From contig CALEOR010000139.1 in NCBI GenBank assembly GCA_937910245.1, positions 1-48,455 of the forward strand: DNA of 48,455 bases, in the 5' to 3' direction. The notes beneath the pieces were generated by a model. That model was not told the DNA's origin and made no database searches. It saw only the letters and a list, made by a program, of their open reading frames with translations. Both the position numbers and the translations under genes were made by a program. Below, piece after piece: positions 1 to 9,478 of this stretch; position 1 is the first letter of the stretch; each line of letters begins with the position of its first letter. Source of the stretch: an uncultured Verrucomicrobiales bacterium. GTDB taxonomy: Bacteria > Verrucomicrobiota > Verrucomicrobiia > Verrucomicrobiales > Akkermansiaceae.

Positions 1-46
1 AGATCAGCCTCGGTCTCGTGGGCTCGGAGATGTGTATAAGAGACAG
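1..46. other. Untrimmed Illumina Nextera adapter (i7 side), not genomic
   Basis: The sequence reads AGAT-CAGCCTCG-GTCTCGTGGGCTCGG-AGATGTGTATAAGAGACAG. This comprises the transposase mosaic end (28-46), the Read-2 adapter (13-27) and an 8-nt index (5-12). The index is the reverse complement of CGAGGCTG, which is N710 from memory. An inverted copy lies at 48408-48455. Confidence 0.95.
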
Positions 47-88
47 AGGTGAGGGGCAGGATGCCTCTCTTTGCAAGGAAGATGGAGC

Positions 89-544
89 TTACTCCTGCGG
101 GATAAATGCCGGCTCCACCCGACCCGCTTTTCCACCTGGCCAATTGGCCCCTTCGGTAATCCAGGTCCGCAGCAGCGCAATCTCCTCTTTCGACAACCTG
201 TGGCTCACCGGGGGCATTGCCTTCTCCGCCTCAGGGTCTTCTTTGATGACGGTTAGGATGCGACTCAAATCCGGTTTACCCGGAACGATCATGCCGCTCT
301 TCAAGGCACTGTCGCGCGTCTCGAACCACGGCCGGTTGGGAAGGACTTCAACGTTATGGCAGATGGTGCACTTGTTCGAGAGGATCGGCTTAATACTTTT
401 GGTGAAGCTCACTGCCTCCTTCTTTGGTGCTGGAGATCCAGCCGGGGCCGGGGCGGGAGTCGCCTCCTCCTCCTTCGGCACGCAACCCGCAAGCATCGCG
501 CTCAACGTTCCGATACCAAAAACAACTCGAATCAATTTCATCAC
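89..544 (-). CDS. Lipoprotein with Planctomycete-type cytochrome c (CxxCH) domain
   Basis: A 151-aa ORF. It has a signal peptide with lipobox LAGC, a Pro/Ala-rich linker, and a CTICH haem motif in a PSCyt-like context (ILSNKCTICHN...MPP). Confidence 0.7.
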   Translation of the reverse strand: MMKLIRVVFGIGTLSAMLAGCVPKEEEATPAPAPAGSPAPKKEAVSFTKSIKPILSNKCTICHNVEVLPNRPWFETRDSALKSGMIVPGKPDLSRILTVIKEDPEAEKAMPPVSHRLSKEEIALLRTWITEGANWPGGKAGRVEPAFIPQE

Positions 545-1025
545 GCCGATCGTGGAGCGTTCCCCGTTGGAGTGCTATCCATTTTTTGCTGTTTGTTGGC
601 TCTTTTTTGCAGCGCCTTGGTATGCTCGGTATATTTATTTCCACGAAGGAGCGGAGGCGCGATGTCTGCCAGGGAGGAATCGACCGCAGACAGCGTGCCG
701 CAGCGGTCGATTGCAGGACAGGGTTTTTGGGAGGGTGTTTGCCCGACAGGACTTGGATTCACGAACAACGAAGAAGGTAAGAGGAAGGCTTTCAACAAAG
801 TCGCCAGAACCCCTTCAACTTGTCTGCCTCATAAGATGCTCTATTACGAAAAATCAGCGCCAACTCGAACCGCCCCACCCCACCGTAAGATTATTGCAGG
901 TAAAAGGATGTGGGAGCTTACGCTTAAAACATGCCTGGCATGTTTTCCTGGCATGTTTTCCCTAGCTTCTAGCCCGCTTCAATGGAGAAGAGACTCAAGC
1001 ATATGATCAAAAAAAAGAGAATCGG

Positions 1026-1604
1026 ATGTCACAATTTGCGTCTCGAGAGTCAATAGCCTGTGTGAACCAACTTTCCATGTCACTTCCCCCAACCAAAGCG
1101 ACGCCGCGCGAGGCCTTCTCTCAGCTGGCGAAGGAGCACCATCAAATGGCGCTTCTTTATGCCCGAACAATCTCGGGCGATGAACACACTGCGCGTGATC
1201 TCACGCAGGAGGCCTTCCTTTCCGGATGGCAAAACTGGGCCCGCTTCGATGTCACCCGTGACTTTGGGAGCTGGATCCGCGGAATCATCCGAAACAAATG
1301 GCGCGAACATTGTCGAAAAAACTCCCGCCTTTCCTCTTGGGACGAAGAAGCGCTTTCACGCCTGGAGGAGACTCTCCAAAAAATGCCCCCCACCGAATTC
1401 TTTGATCAACTCAAGGACTGTCTCGACAAGCTCCCGGAAACTCTCCTCGGCCCGGTGGTGACTCACTACTACCAGGATCTTTCGACTGCTGAAGCGGCAA
1501 AGCAACACCAGACAAGCGAAGCCGCCATCCGCAAGCGCCTGCAACGGGCTCGTGAAGCCCTGAAAGCCTGTCTCACCCATTCAAAAAAAACTCCCAACGC
1601 CTAA
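1026..1604 (+). CDS. ECF (sigma-70 family) RNA polymerase sigma factor
   Basis: A 192-aa ORF with sigma region 2 (DLTQEAFLSGWQNWARFD) and a region 4 HTH (LSTAEAAKQHQTSEAAIRKRLQRAREAL). Its stop lies 5 nt before the next gene. The true start may be an internal Met. Confidence 0.85.
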   Translation: MSQFASRESIACVNQLSMSLPPTKATPREAFSQLAKEHHQMALLYARTISGDEHTARDLTQEAFLSGWQNWARFDVTRDFGSWIRGIIRNKWREHCRKNSRLSSWDEEALSRLEETLQKMPPTEFFDQLKDCLDKLPETLLGPVVTHYYQDLSTAEAAKQHQTSEAAIRKRLQRAREALKACLTHSKKTPNA

Positions 1605-1609
1605 GACCC

Positions 1610-3640
1610 ATGAACGACGATAAATTTATTGATGAAGCTCTCAAGGAGCATGCCCGCCACGAAGGAAATCACGATCAGGATTTTCTCGATCAACTCGAAG
1701 CGAAGCTGGATGAACAACCGCAAGTCAGCGAAGTCAGACGCAAGAGCCGGAAAAGCGGCTCATCAAGCAAGGTCGGATGGATGAGTGCGGCTGCTCTGGT
1801 CATGGTCGGTGTCACGGTCGGTGCGATCTACAAAATAAAGGGAGACGGTTTCCGTCAAGTCTCTGCAGATTCTTCCATACATGCGAGTGGCGATCCCCAA
1901 CCTGAAGCAAATAAAATGCAAGGTCTGGCAGCACCCCCTGTCCAATCACAGCTCGACCGTGTAGCGCAAGGTCTGGCGGCACCCATCGACCAATCACAGA
2001 TCGTAGGGAAGCCTGCCACAGTGTGGTCGGTTCAAACTGCGGGAACGCCCACTGTGGCCTCTATAGGTTCCAAGACTTTCGGTTACGAGAGGCTTGTTGA
2101 TGCTGACTCCATCCGATTGGATTATTTGGCTGAAGGTGGATTTGGCGATGAAAAGGGCCGCCAGCGACAAGAGGCAATCACTGGTAACAAATATGGCCAA
2201 TTGATCGAACAGGGTTTTCGCTCCCCGCTGAAGGCTCCTCTGTCCACTTTTTCGATCGATGTCGATACCGCGTCCTACACGAATATCCGCAAGCATGTGG
2301 AAAGTGGCCGTGCCATTGACCGCAATGCCGTTCGTATCGAGGAAATGATCAATTACTTCGACTACAACTACGCGGGTCCGACAGGGGATCATCCCTTTGC
2401 CGTCCACACCGAAGTGGCGGGCTGTCCCTGGAATGCGAAGCATCGCCTTGTGAAAATAGGACTGAAGGGCAAGGAGGTTAAAGAAGATCGAAAGGCTGCA
2501 AACCTCGTCTTTCTGATCGATGTTTCCGGGTCCATGAATAGCCCCGATAAACTGCCATTGCTGGTGCAATCCTTTGAGCTTCTTTTGAAGGCGCTCAACG
2601 AAAAGGACAGTGTCAGTCTCGTGGTGTATGCCGGACGTCAGGCTGTCTTGCTCCAGCCGACGTCCATCGACGGCGCTGGCCGCGAGGCGGTGAGCGAGGC
2701 CCTGCGCAAACTTTCGGCGGGAGGCTCCACCAATGGCGCGGCCGGAATTACGACGGCTTATGATCTGGCTCGAAGCGGCTTCATACAAGGAGGAGTTAAC
2801 CGCGTCGTGCTGGCAACCGACGGAGATTTCAACGTTGGCACCACCAGCCAATCCGAGCTTCTCAAGCTGGTTAAGAATCAGGCTGAAGGGCAGATCTCAC
2901 TCACCATCCTTGGGTTCGGTCAGGGGAATCTGAACGACAACCTTATGGAGCAATTGACCAACCAGGGTGATGGCAATTACTTCTATCTCGACTCGCTTCG
3001 AGAGGGACAAAAGGTCTTCCAACATGACCTCACCGGCACGATCGAAACTATCGCCAAGGATGTGAAATTTCAGGTGGAGTTCAACCCCGGCAAGGTCGCG
3101 CAATATCGCCTCATTGGTTATGCCAATCGACGTCTCAAGGACGAGGACTTCGCAAACGACAAGGTGGATGCCGGAGATATCGGAGCGGGTCATACCGTGA
3201 CCGCTCTCTACGAAGTGGTTCCGGTTGGTGCCGGGGTTTCACAAATTCCGGGTGATCTGAAGTATCAGAAAACCGAGGAGGTTGAACCTAATCGCAAAAT
3301 CGTCGACTCGCCCGAGCTTCTCAACGTGAAGCTTCGCTACAAGCAGCCGGATGGTGACACCTCGACCGAATTATCAGAGGCTCTCACGGATGAAAATAAG
3401 AGCTTCGATCAGGCGAGCGATGACTTCCGCTTTACCTCATCGGTTGCTCTCTGGGGAATGCTCTTGCGAAGCTCGGAACATCGAGGCGAAGGGGACGTTG
3501 ACCTTGTGAACCAGCTCGCCCTCAGCGGGAAAGGAGATGATCCCAAGGGAGAACGGACTGAGTTCCTTGACTTGGTCCGCAAGTGGTCTTCCCAAAAGCC
3601 CAAACCTCGGTCTGAGGTCGATCGGGATGATTTGCGATAG
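1610..3640 (+). CDS. Membrane-anchored von Willebrand factor A (YfbK-like) protein, putative anti-sigma partner
   Basis: A 676-aa ORF. It has a short N-terminal cytoplasmic segment and one TM helix (WMSAAALVMVGVTVGAIY). A vWA domain follows, with MIDAS motif DVSGS (FLIDVSGSM) and the YfbK-type N- and C-terminal extensions. It is tightly coupled to the ECF sigma gene upstream. Confidence 0.8.
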   Translation: MNDDKFIDEALKEHARHEGNHDQDFLDQLEAKLDEQPQVSEVRRKSRKSGSSSKVGWMSAAALVMVGVTVGAIYKIKGDGFRQVSADSSIHASGDPQPEANKMQGLAAPPVQSQLDRVAQGLAAPIDQSQIVGKPATVWSVQTAGTPTVASIGSKTFGYERLVDADSIRLDYLAEGGFGDEKGRQRQEAITGNKYGQLIEQGFRSPLKAPLSTFSIDVDTASYTNIRKHVESGRAIDRNAVRIEEMINYFDYNYAGPTGDHPFAVHTEVAGCPWNAKHRLVKIGLKGKEVKEDRKAANLVFLIDVSGSMNSPDKLPLLVQSFELLLKALNEKDSVSLVVYAGRQAVLLQPTSIDGAGREAVSEALRKLSAGGSTNGAAGITTAYDLARSGFIQGGVNRVVLATDGDFNVGTTSQSELLKLVKNQAEGQISLTILGFGQGNLNDNLMEQLTNQGDGNYFYLDSLREGQKVFQHDLTGTIETIAKDVKFQVEFNPGKVAQYRLIGYANRRLKDEDFANDKVDAGDIGAGHTVTALYEVVPVGAGVSQIPGDLKYQKTEEVEPNRKIVDSPELLNVKLRYKQPDGDTSTELSEALTDENKSFDQASDDFRFTSSVALWGMLLRSSEHRGEGDVDLVNQLALSGKGDDPKGERTEFLDLVRKWSSQKPKPRSEVDRDDLR

Positions 3641-3932
3641 CAGGTATCGAAGGAAATTCGGGACACTAAAGACAATCGCTGGATTTGAACGACCAGAGTT
3701 GCAGCGGCCCTCGACAAAACAAGGCTCTTCGACAGGAACGCATGACGGAATCTTGGGAGTCGTCATTTGGAACCACCGATTTTTCAACCTTCACCAGGCG
3801 CTCACACCAAGCTCAAAGCTCCCATTTCCAATACATATCGGCTCCAAACCCTTTGCGGACAGAGTTCTTGGGCTGGTCGATTTTTGAGTGGGTCTATTCC
3901 GTCATTCACAGGTGCCGAAGAGTCAAAAAAAC

Positions 3933-4832
3933 CTAGCCACCCATCCCGACGGCGATCTTGAATGGCACCTTCTTCTCGACCATATCCGACCATATCTCAA
4001 ACTCCACGACCAGCTTGCCCTTCACCACTTTCATCAATTCATACTCCCTACCAAAGGTATACTTGTTCCCGAACCCCATCTGGCTCGCATTGCCGACTTC
4101 CGACTTAAGCTGCGCGCCAGATTCATCATAAAACTTCACGCCAGCTACCAGCGTGATCGCCTTGTTGCTGGTTCGAAAATCCAACTCAACGCCTTCCTCT
4201 CCAAAGCTCCGTTTCCCGAAGTCCTTCAATTTCATTTCGATATCGCCGACCTTTACCACCACTCCTTTCTTGAGCTCAAACGGTGCCGACTTAATCGTCT
4301 TCTTCTTACTCGCAAGCTGTAGGACCAGCGTCCCCTCAACCGCTAACTTGCCCGCCTTGGCATCAGGAACTCCGCCCGCGTTTATTTCCACCATCGCGGA
4401 CTTGCCATCCTCGCTGATTCGCGGAAACGCCCCGATACCGTTTCTGTCGATGCCCTTCACCTCTACCATCAGGTTGTTGCCTCCATCGTCCTTGAAAGAA
4501 TCGATCTTAGACGCATCGGAGTCCACTTTGATGATCGACGCACCACCGGATTCGATCAACAGCGCCAGCGAGGTGCCACTGTAGAAGGTATTGAACGGGA
4601 CTAGCTTGGAGTTTTCCTCACCGACAACCTCGTGGATCACCCGAAACCCAATTGTTTTCACCTTTGGTGAAGTCTGGCCAGAAAGACCCGCTGGAAGGCT
4701 GAGAGCGGCGAGAAGGGCCGGTAGTCTGATGATGGCCAAAAAATTACTCTTCCGCCCCGGGGCCCCTCGGTGACTGCCGGACCGGATTGAAGTGGGAGCA
4801 ATGAGAGAGGGGGTAAATATCTTTGTTTCCAT
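3933..4832 (-). CDS. Hypothetical secreted protein
   Basis: A 299-aa ORF with an N-terminal hydrophobic signal-like segment (LPALLAALSLPAGLSGQ). I recognise no motif. It has coding-like composition, and the overlapping plus-strand ORFs look like shadow ORFs. Confidence 0.55.
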   Translation of the reverse strand: METKIFTPSLIAPTSIRSGSHRGAPGRKSNFLAIIRLPALLAALSLPAGLSGQTSPKVKTIGFRVIHEVVGEENSKLVPFNTFYSGTSLALLIESGGASIIKVDSDASKIDSFKDDGGNNLMVEVKGIDRNGIGAFPRISEDGKSAMVEINAGGVPDAKAGKLAVEGTLVLQLASKKKTIKSAPFELKKGVVVKVGDIEMKLKDFGKRSFGEEGVELDFRTSNKAITLVAGVKFYDESGAQLKSEVGNASQMGFGNKYTFGREYELMKVVKGKLVVEFEIWSDMVEKKVPFKIAVGMGG

Positions 4833-4946
4833 GGGCCGACACTAGTGCCGGCTGATATCTACCGAATACTATACTTTAAGGTCCTATTTGTAACGAGACC
4901 TCTTCTGTCTCTCTTCGACAGATGGTGGCTACTGGCATTGTCTTGA

Positions 4947-5921
4947 CTAATCCAGCCTGCGGACTTGAAGGAACACGCGATCAGGCATTTCTCCCTCGAA
5001 TTCAAGGGTATAAGTCCCGCCCTCGGGGCCGGACAGAACACCGTCGTCCACTTCCTGCCAACTCACCAGATCCAGCGATTGCCAAACTCCGAACACTTCA
5101 CCATCCTGTCCATTCCAGGTGATCGTTAACCCGTCATCTTCGAGCGTCACCGTTTCAATGAGGAGTTCTTCTCTCGCGGGAGGCGTAGCCAGCGCTGTAA
5201 TTTCTTCCTCGCTTAACACGCCGGAATAGATCGCGAAGTCATCGATATTCCCTCCAATTCCGGTGTTTCTCGTAGTTCCGGTGAAATTAAACGAACCGAG
5301 GTAGGAATCGGGGTCCATCAAGACCGGGCCATCAATAGCGTCGGCAAATCCATCGACTCCAAACCCATCAATGTGGACCTCGAGTCGCCCTTGCGGATCA
5401 TAAGTCGCAGCCACCGAATGCCATTCGCCATCCTCCAATTCAACCGGAATCCTCACCAGCGCGTTATCGGCCCCGGGAAAATCGATTCGAAACGCCAACT
5501 CTCCCGCTGATCCGATGTAAAGTGATTGCACCCCGTCTCCGCCGTTCCCGGAAAAATCAAAAATACCGCGTGCGTCCGTGGTCATATCGTCTGGCATGCG
5601 TATCCAGAAGAAAAAACTAAACGCCTCATTACCCGGCTGGAACAGCTCGTCTGAAGCAACCAACAGATGGTCATTCCCTCCGCTGATCTCCGAACCAACG
5701 CTCAAGGACTTGCCCTGCTCGCCAACACCCGGCTCTCTTTCAAGTGTCGTGGTATCCGACGGCTCTTCCCCATGTGCCTCTCCTTCCTTATCAAGCCACC
5801 ACTGCTCTCCCTCAAAATCCCAAAAATTTTTCAACTCGGCGGCCACTCCCACTTCGAAAAACCGGACAGCAAGAACCGAAATTAATCCGATCATTTTGAT
5901 ACTCATCCCAAGCACTCTCAT
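4947..5921 (-). CDS. LamG-like (concanavalin A-type lectin/glucanase fold) secreted protein
   Basis: A 324-aa ORF with a signal peptide. The Laminin_G_3-like core is visible (FSFFFWIRMP...GEWHSVAATYDP...IDDFAIYSGVLSEEEI). The C-terminal module ends in VFLQVRRLD. Confidence 0.75.
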   Translation of the reverse strand: MRVLGMSIKMIGLISVLAVRFFEVGVAAELKNFWDFEGEQWWLDKEGEAHGEEPSDTTTLEREPGVGEQGKSLSVGSEISGGNDHLLVASDELFQPGNEAFSFFFWIRMPDDMTTDARGIFDFSGNGGDGVQSLYIGSAGELAFRIDFPGADNALVRIPVELEDGEWHSVAATYDPQGRLEVHIDGFGVDGFADAIDGPVLMDPDSYLGSFNFTGTTRNTGIGGNIDDFAIYSGVLSEEEITALATPPAREELLIETVTLEDDGLTITWNGQDGEVFGVWQSLDLVSWQEVDDGVLSGPEGGTYTLEFEGEMPDRVFLQVRRLD

Positions 5922-6439
5922 CCGTGATTTTGCTCGCGCGCAAGCGTTAAATCAACAAAAACTCCTCATGTCGCAAATGAAATTTTTAACATTCGTGATT
6001 CCCAATCGACTTATTGAAAGAGCCTAACGACCTCAATCGCTTTCTTCCGAAGTCATCAAGGCGCATTAATGGAATACTGTCTGACTCCCTCTGCAGACCT
6101 CAATATTTGTATCAATGCCACCACTGCTGCTGGCGAAGCAGACATCCGGGATTTCGACGAAGTGATTTGGGAGAAATTCCACCTGGAATTGGGGAATTTG
6201 ATGGTTTTTAAGGTCTTCCTCGAACTGTTTTTGTCGCTCGTTCGCAGATCAACCCAAAGAGTTGAAAGTGAGGGCAATTCATCCAGCCAACTGAATTACC
6301 CGGTTCCCGAATGCCGGTTTCTACCGTCAAATCTCTCCAAACACCGGTTTTGAAACGACTTTGCGGTCTTCAGGCGGCGTTGTGGCATCCGGAAGTCGTT
6401 CGCTCTTGATTTTTTCGGATCCCTATCCACCGTCCCCGC

Positions 6440-7822
6440 ATGTCTTACGATCTTGTCGTTATCGGTGGCGGTCCTGGCGGATACGTCGCGGCCATCCGGG
6501 CCGGTCAGCTTGGTAAAAAAGTGGCCTGTGTTGAAATGGAACGCGCTGGCGGAACCTGCCTCAACTGGGGCTGTATTCCGACCAAGGCTCTCCTCAAAAA
6601 CGCCCACCTCTATCACCAACTCAAGCACGATGCCGGCACCTTTGGCCTCAGCTTTGATAACCTGAGCTACGATTGGTCAAAAGTGATCAGCCGTTCCCGC
6701 CAGGTCTCCGGCAAGCTCGCCGGCGGCATCGAGTTCCTCTTTAAGAAGAACAAGGTCGATTACGTGAAGGGTTTCGGCTCCGTTCAGTCTCCCGGTAAGG
6801 TCGAGGTCAAGAAGAGCGACGGCTCCACCGAGATTCTCGATGCCAAGAACATCATCATCGCGACCGGGGCCAAGTCCCGTGAGCTTCCCGGCCTTCCCTA
6901 CAGCGGAACTTCCGTCATTTCCTCCAAAGAGGCCATGGTCCTCGAAAAACAGCCCAAATCGATGATCATCATCGGTGCCGGCGCCATCGGAGTGGAGTTC
7001 GGCTACGTTTACAATGCCTTCGGCACCGAGGTCACCCTCGTGGAAATGATGCCCAATCTCCTCCCCGTTGAGGATGACGACATCAGCGATGCCATCACCA
7101 AAAGCTACCGCAAGGCCGGCATCACCTGCCTTACCGACACCAAGGTCACCTCGACCAAGGACAACGGCACTTCCGTCACCATCACGGTCGAGAATTCCAG
7201 CGGTACCAAGGAACTCACCGCCGACTGCTGCCTCGTCGCCATCGGCGTCTCACCCGTCCTCCCCGGCGGCCAACAGCCCAAGCTCACCGACCGCGGCTGG
7301 GTCGAGATCGACGACCGCTACCAGACTTCCATTCCCGGCGTCTATGCTCTCGGTGACATCTCCGGTCCTCCTTGGCTCGCCCACACCGCCAGCTTCGAAG
7401 CAATGCAATGCGTCGAGGGCATGTTTGTCGAAGGCGCGACTGTCAAACGCGTCGGTGACTTTCCCGGCTGCACCTATTGCTATCCCGAAGTCGCCTCCGT
7501 TGGTAAGACCGAGCGTGCGCTCAAGGAAGAGGGCATTGCATACAAGGTCGGCAAGTTCCCCTACCAGGCACTCGGCAAGGCTCAAGCCAGCGGCGAGACC
7601 GAGGGCTTTGTCAAACTCCTCTTCGGCAAAGAGCACGGAGAAGTTCTCGGGGCCCACATCATCGGCGAGAATGCCACCGACTTGATCTCAGAAATGGGTC
7701 TGGCTCTCTCCCTCGAGGCGACCATTGACGACATTCACGCGACCATCCACGCGCATCCCACCCTCGCTGAAGCAATCCATGAGGCGACTCTTGATGCTGA
7801 TGGCCACGCCATTCACTTCTAA
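6440..7822 (+). CDS. lpdA: Dihydrolipoyl dehydrogenase (E3 component)
   Basis: A 460-aa ORF. It has the FAD-binding motif GGGPGGY, the redox-active disulfide GGTCLNWGCIPTK, and the C-terminal HAHPTLAE interface motif. Confidence 0.95.
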   Translation: MSYDLVVIGGGPGGYVAAIRAGQLGKKVACVEMERAGGTCLNWGCIPTKALLKNAHLYHQLKHDAGTFGLSFDNLSYDWSKVISRSRQVSGKLAGGIEFLFKKNKVDYVKGFGSVQSPGKVEVKKSDGSTEILDAKNIIIATGAKSRELPGLPYSGTSVISSKEAMVLEKQPKSMIIIGAGAIGVEFGYVYNAFGTEVTLVEMMPNLLPVEDDDISDAITKSYRKAGITCLTDTKVTSTKDNGTSVTITVENSSGTKELTADCCLVAIGVSPVLPGGQQPKLTDRGWVEIDDRYQTSIPGVYALGDISGPPWLAHTASFEAMQCVEGMFVEGATVKRVGDFPGCTYCYPEVASVGKTERALKEEGIAYKVGKFPYQALGKAQASGETEGFVKLLFGKEHGEVLGAHIIGENATDLISEMGLALSLEATIDDIHATIHAHPTLAEAIHEATLDADGHAIHF

Positions 7823-7837
7823 AAGACCATCACACGC

Positions 7838-8731
7838 GTGCCCAAGCGTTCCAAAAATTCCAATCATCAGCCATCCCGCCCGTCCTCAAAGACTGCGGGA
7901 TGGTTTTATGAAATCGGGGATGAGAGCCACGGCCCCGTCGATTTTCGAGCCCTTCGTGAACTCGCCCTTGAGCGAAAACTTCTCGCACACCATCTCGTCT
8001 GGAAATCAGGCAGCGAAGATCGACAGGCGGCATCCACCGTCCTGGGGCTCATCCCGAGTCCGAAAAAGGCAACCCCTTCTCCCCCTCGCTCGAGCCTCAG
8101 CGATGCCAATCCATACGCCACTCCCAAGGCCCGCACCATCGCCGATGGCCCACCCGGCGGGCTCTACCTGCCCCACCTTCACCCCACCAATTTTGCCATC
8201 TACCTGGCCACCCTTGCCATCCCCCTCGTCATCCTGATTTTTTCAGAACGGATCGTCAGTGCCAACCACCGGACCCTACTCGCCGCCCTTTCCGGCTTCA
8301 GCATCCTCTGCTGGGTCACGCTCTCCGCGATCTACCTCCATCGGGCCTGGGAAATGATGCGGATGTTTGGAGCCTCCCTCACCGGCGGGAAGGCGGTCCG
8401 CTTCCTCTTCCTCCCATTCTTCAATGCCCTCTGGTGCTTCGTCGCCGTCTTTGGATGGGCCAAACTTTGGAACTCCGCCGTCAGCAGCCACCCCGGGCTC
8501 AAGCCCGCACACAAGGTCCTGCTGCCCTTCTTTTTCCTCTTTCCCATTCTCTTTTTGCTGAGCCAAGCCCTCCTCGTGATGCATTTCCTCATCAAAGAGT
8601 GGCCCACCGATCTCCAGGATCAGAAGCATCTCACCTCCATCGCCATCTGGGCCACCACCCTCCTCGTCACCCTGATCTGCTGGGGACAAATCAGTCAGTC
8701 GATTAACTTTCTGGCACGGAAGAAGTCTTAG
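7838..8731 (+). CDS. GYF_2 (DUF4339-like) domain membrane protein
   Basis: A 297-aa ORF starting at GTG, 15 nt after the lpdA stop. The N-terminus has GWFYEIGDESHGPVDFRALRELA, a GYF-like motif. Several TM helices follow. Confidence 0.65.
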   Translation: MPKRSKNSNHQPSRPSSKTAGWFYEIGDESHGPVDFRALRELALERKLLAHHLVWKSGSEDRQAASTVLGLIPSPKKATPSPPRSSLSDANPYATPKARTIADGPPGGLYLPHLHPTNFAIYLATLAIPLVILIFSERIVSANHRTLLAALSGFSILCWVTLSAIYLHRAWEMMRMFGASLTGGKAVRFLFLPFFNALWCFVAVFGWAKLWNSAVSSHPGLKPAHKVLLPFFFLFPILFLLSQALLVMHFLIKEWPTDLQDQKHLTSIAIWATTLLVTLICWGQISQSINFLARKKS

Positions 8732-9434
8732 CCGGCTTCGATCCCTTGAGCTTCTTCAATTTCTTGGATTTCTTCCGCGGCTTTAAGACACCCTCGCGGG
8801 TCCTGCCCTTCTCATCGGCCTGCCAATAGCGCCGCGTCCTGGCCTCAAAACACGTCAACCACCCGCCCCGGCAAGCCGCCGTATCAAGACACACCGTGTG
8901 TCCTGCATCGCTCGGGATGCCCTTGCGCTGAATGGTATGACCACAGACGACCAGCTTCCCGGAACGATGCTTGCGAGCATCAGGAAAACGTCGCCACGCC
9001 AAATCCACCGGATCTTGCTCCTCGAGCGGCTTCTTGCGCGAAACCCCGCCGTGCACGTAAATCACCTTCTTGGTCTCATGGTAGGGAAGGGCATCATTAA
9101 TAAACTCCCAGTGGCTCTTCGGGATATTGGCATACTTGGCATCATAGGAAGCCAGAGTCTCCAAACCGCCCACATTACACCAGTAGGTCAGATGATCGTT
9201 GGAAAACCCGGCTTCCGCCATGATGATCTCATGATTCCCCTTGAGTAGGATCAACCGGGCCTCCCACGGCCAGTTGATGAGATAATCAATCACCCCCTTG
9301 CTGTCCGGACCACGATCCACGTAGTCGCCCAGCATGATGACCTTGTCATCCGCTGTCGGCGAAACTGTCTCCAACAAGAGTTTCAGAGACTTGAGACATC
9401 CATGGACATCTCCGATGGCAAGTTTTCGGCCCAA
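8703..9434 (-). CDS. PPP-family metallophosphoesterase (Ser/Thr phosphatase / ApaH-like)
   Basis: A 243-aa ORF with the GDVHG, GDYVDRG and GNHE signature motifs and a Lys-rich C-terminal tail. Its 3' end overlaps the convergent gene by 29 nt. Confidence 0.85.
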   Translation of the reverse strand: MGRKLAIGDVHGCLKSLKLLLETVSPTADDKVIMLGDYVDRGPDSKGVIDYLINWPWEARLILLKGNHEIIMAEAGFSNDHLTYWCNVGGLETLASYDAKYANIPKSHWEFINDALPYHETKKVIYVHGGVSRKKPLEEQDPVDLAWRRFPDARKHRSGKLVVCGHTIQRKGIPSDAGHTVCLDTAACRGGWLTCFEARTRRYWQADEKGRTREGVLKPRKKSKKLKKLKGSKPAKTSSVPES

Positions 9435-9478
9435 AATTATTTGAGATCTTTAAAGCAATATTTGAGCGGACTCAATCC

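Noticed and set aside
934-959. A tandem duplication, CCTGGCATGTTTT x2, resembling a sigma-54 -24/-12 element (TGGCA...).
   Set aside because: The GG-to-GC spacing is 14 nt rather than the canonical 12, and there is no TTGC -12 box. It is probably a simple 13-bp tandem duplication in the sigma upstream region.
6069-6353. 94-aa and 73-aa ORFs in the 519-bp gap upstream of lpdA.
   Set aside because: They have no motifs and mutually overlap on opposite strands, with atypical composition. I treated the region as intergenic.
6407-6434. TGATTT-N16-ACCGTC upstream of lpdA. Also TGACCC-N16-CCGCCA at 26830-26857 and TGACCC-N16-CAAACG at 48069-48096. All were considered as extra members of the promoter motif family.
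   Set aside because: Only one half-site matches in each, and the ACGCRT box is missing. I left them out to keep the family definition strict. They could be weak or unrelated sites.
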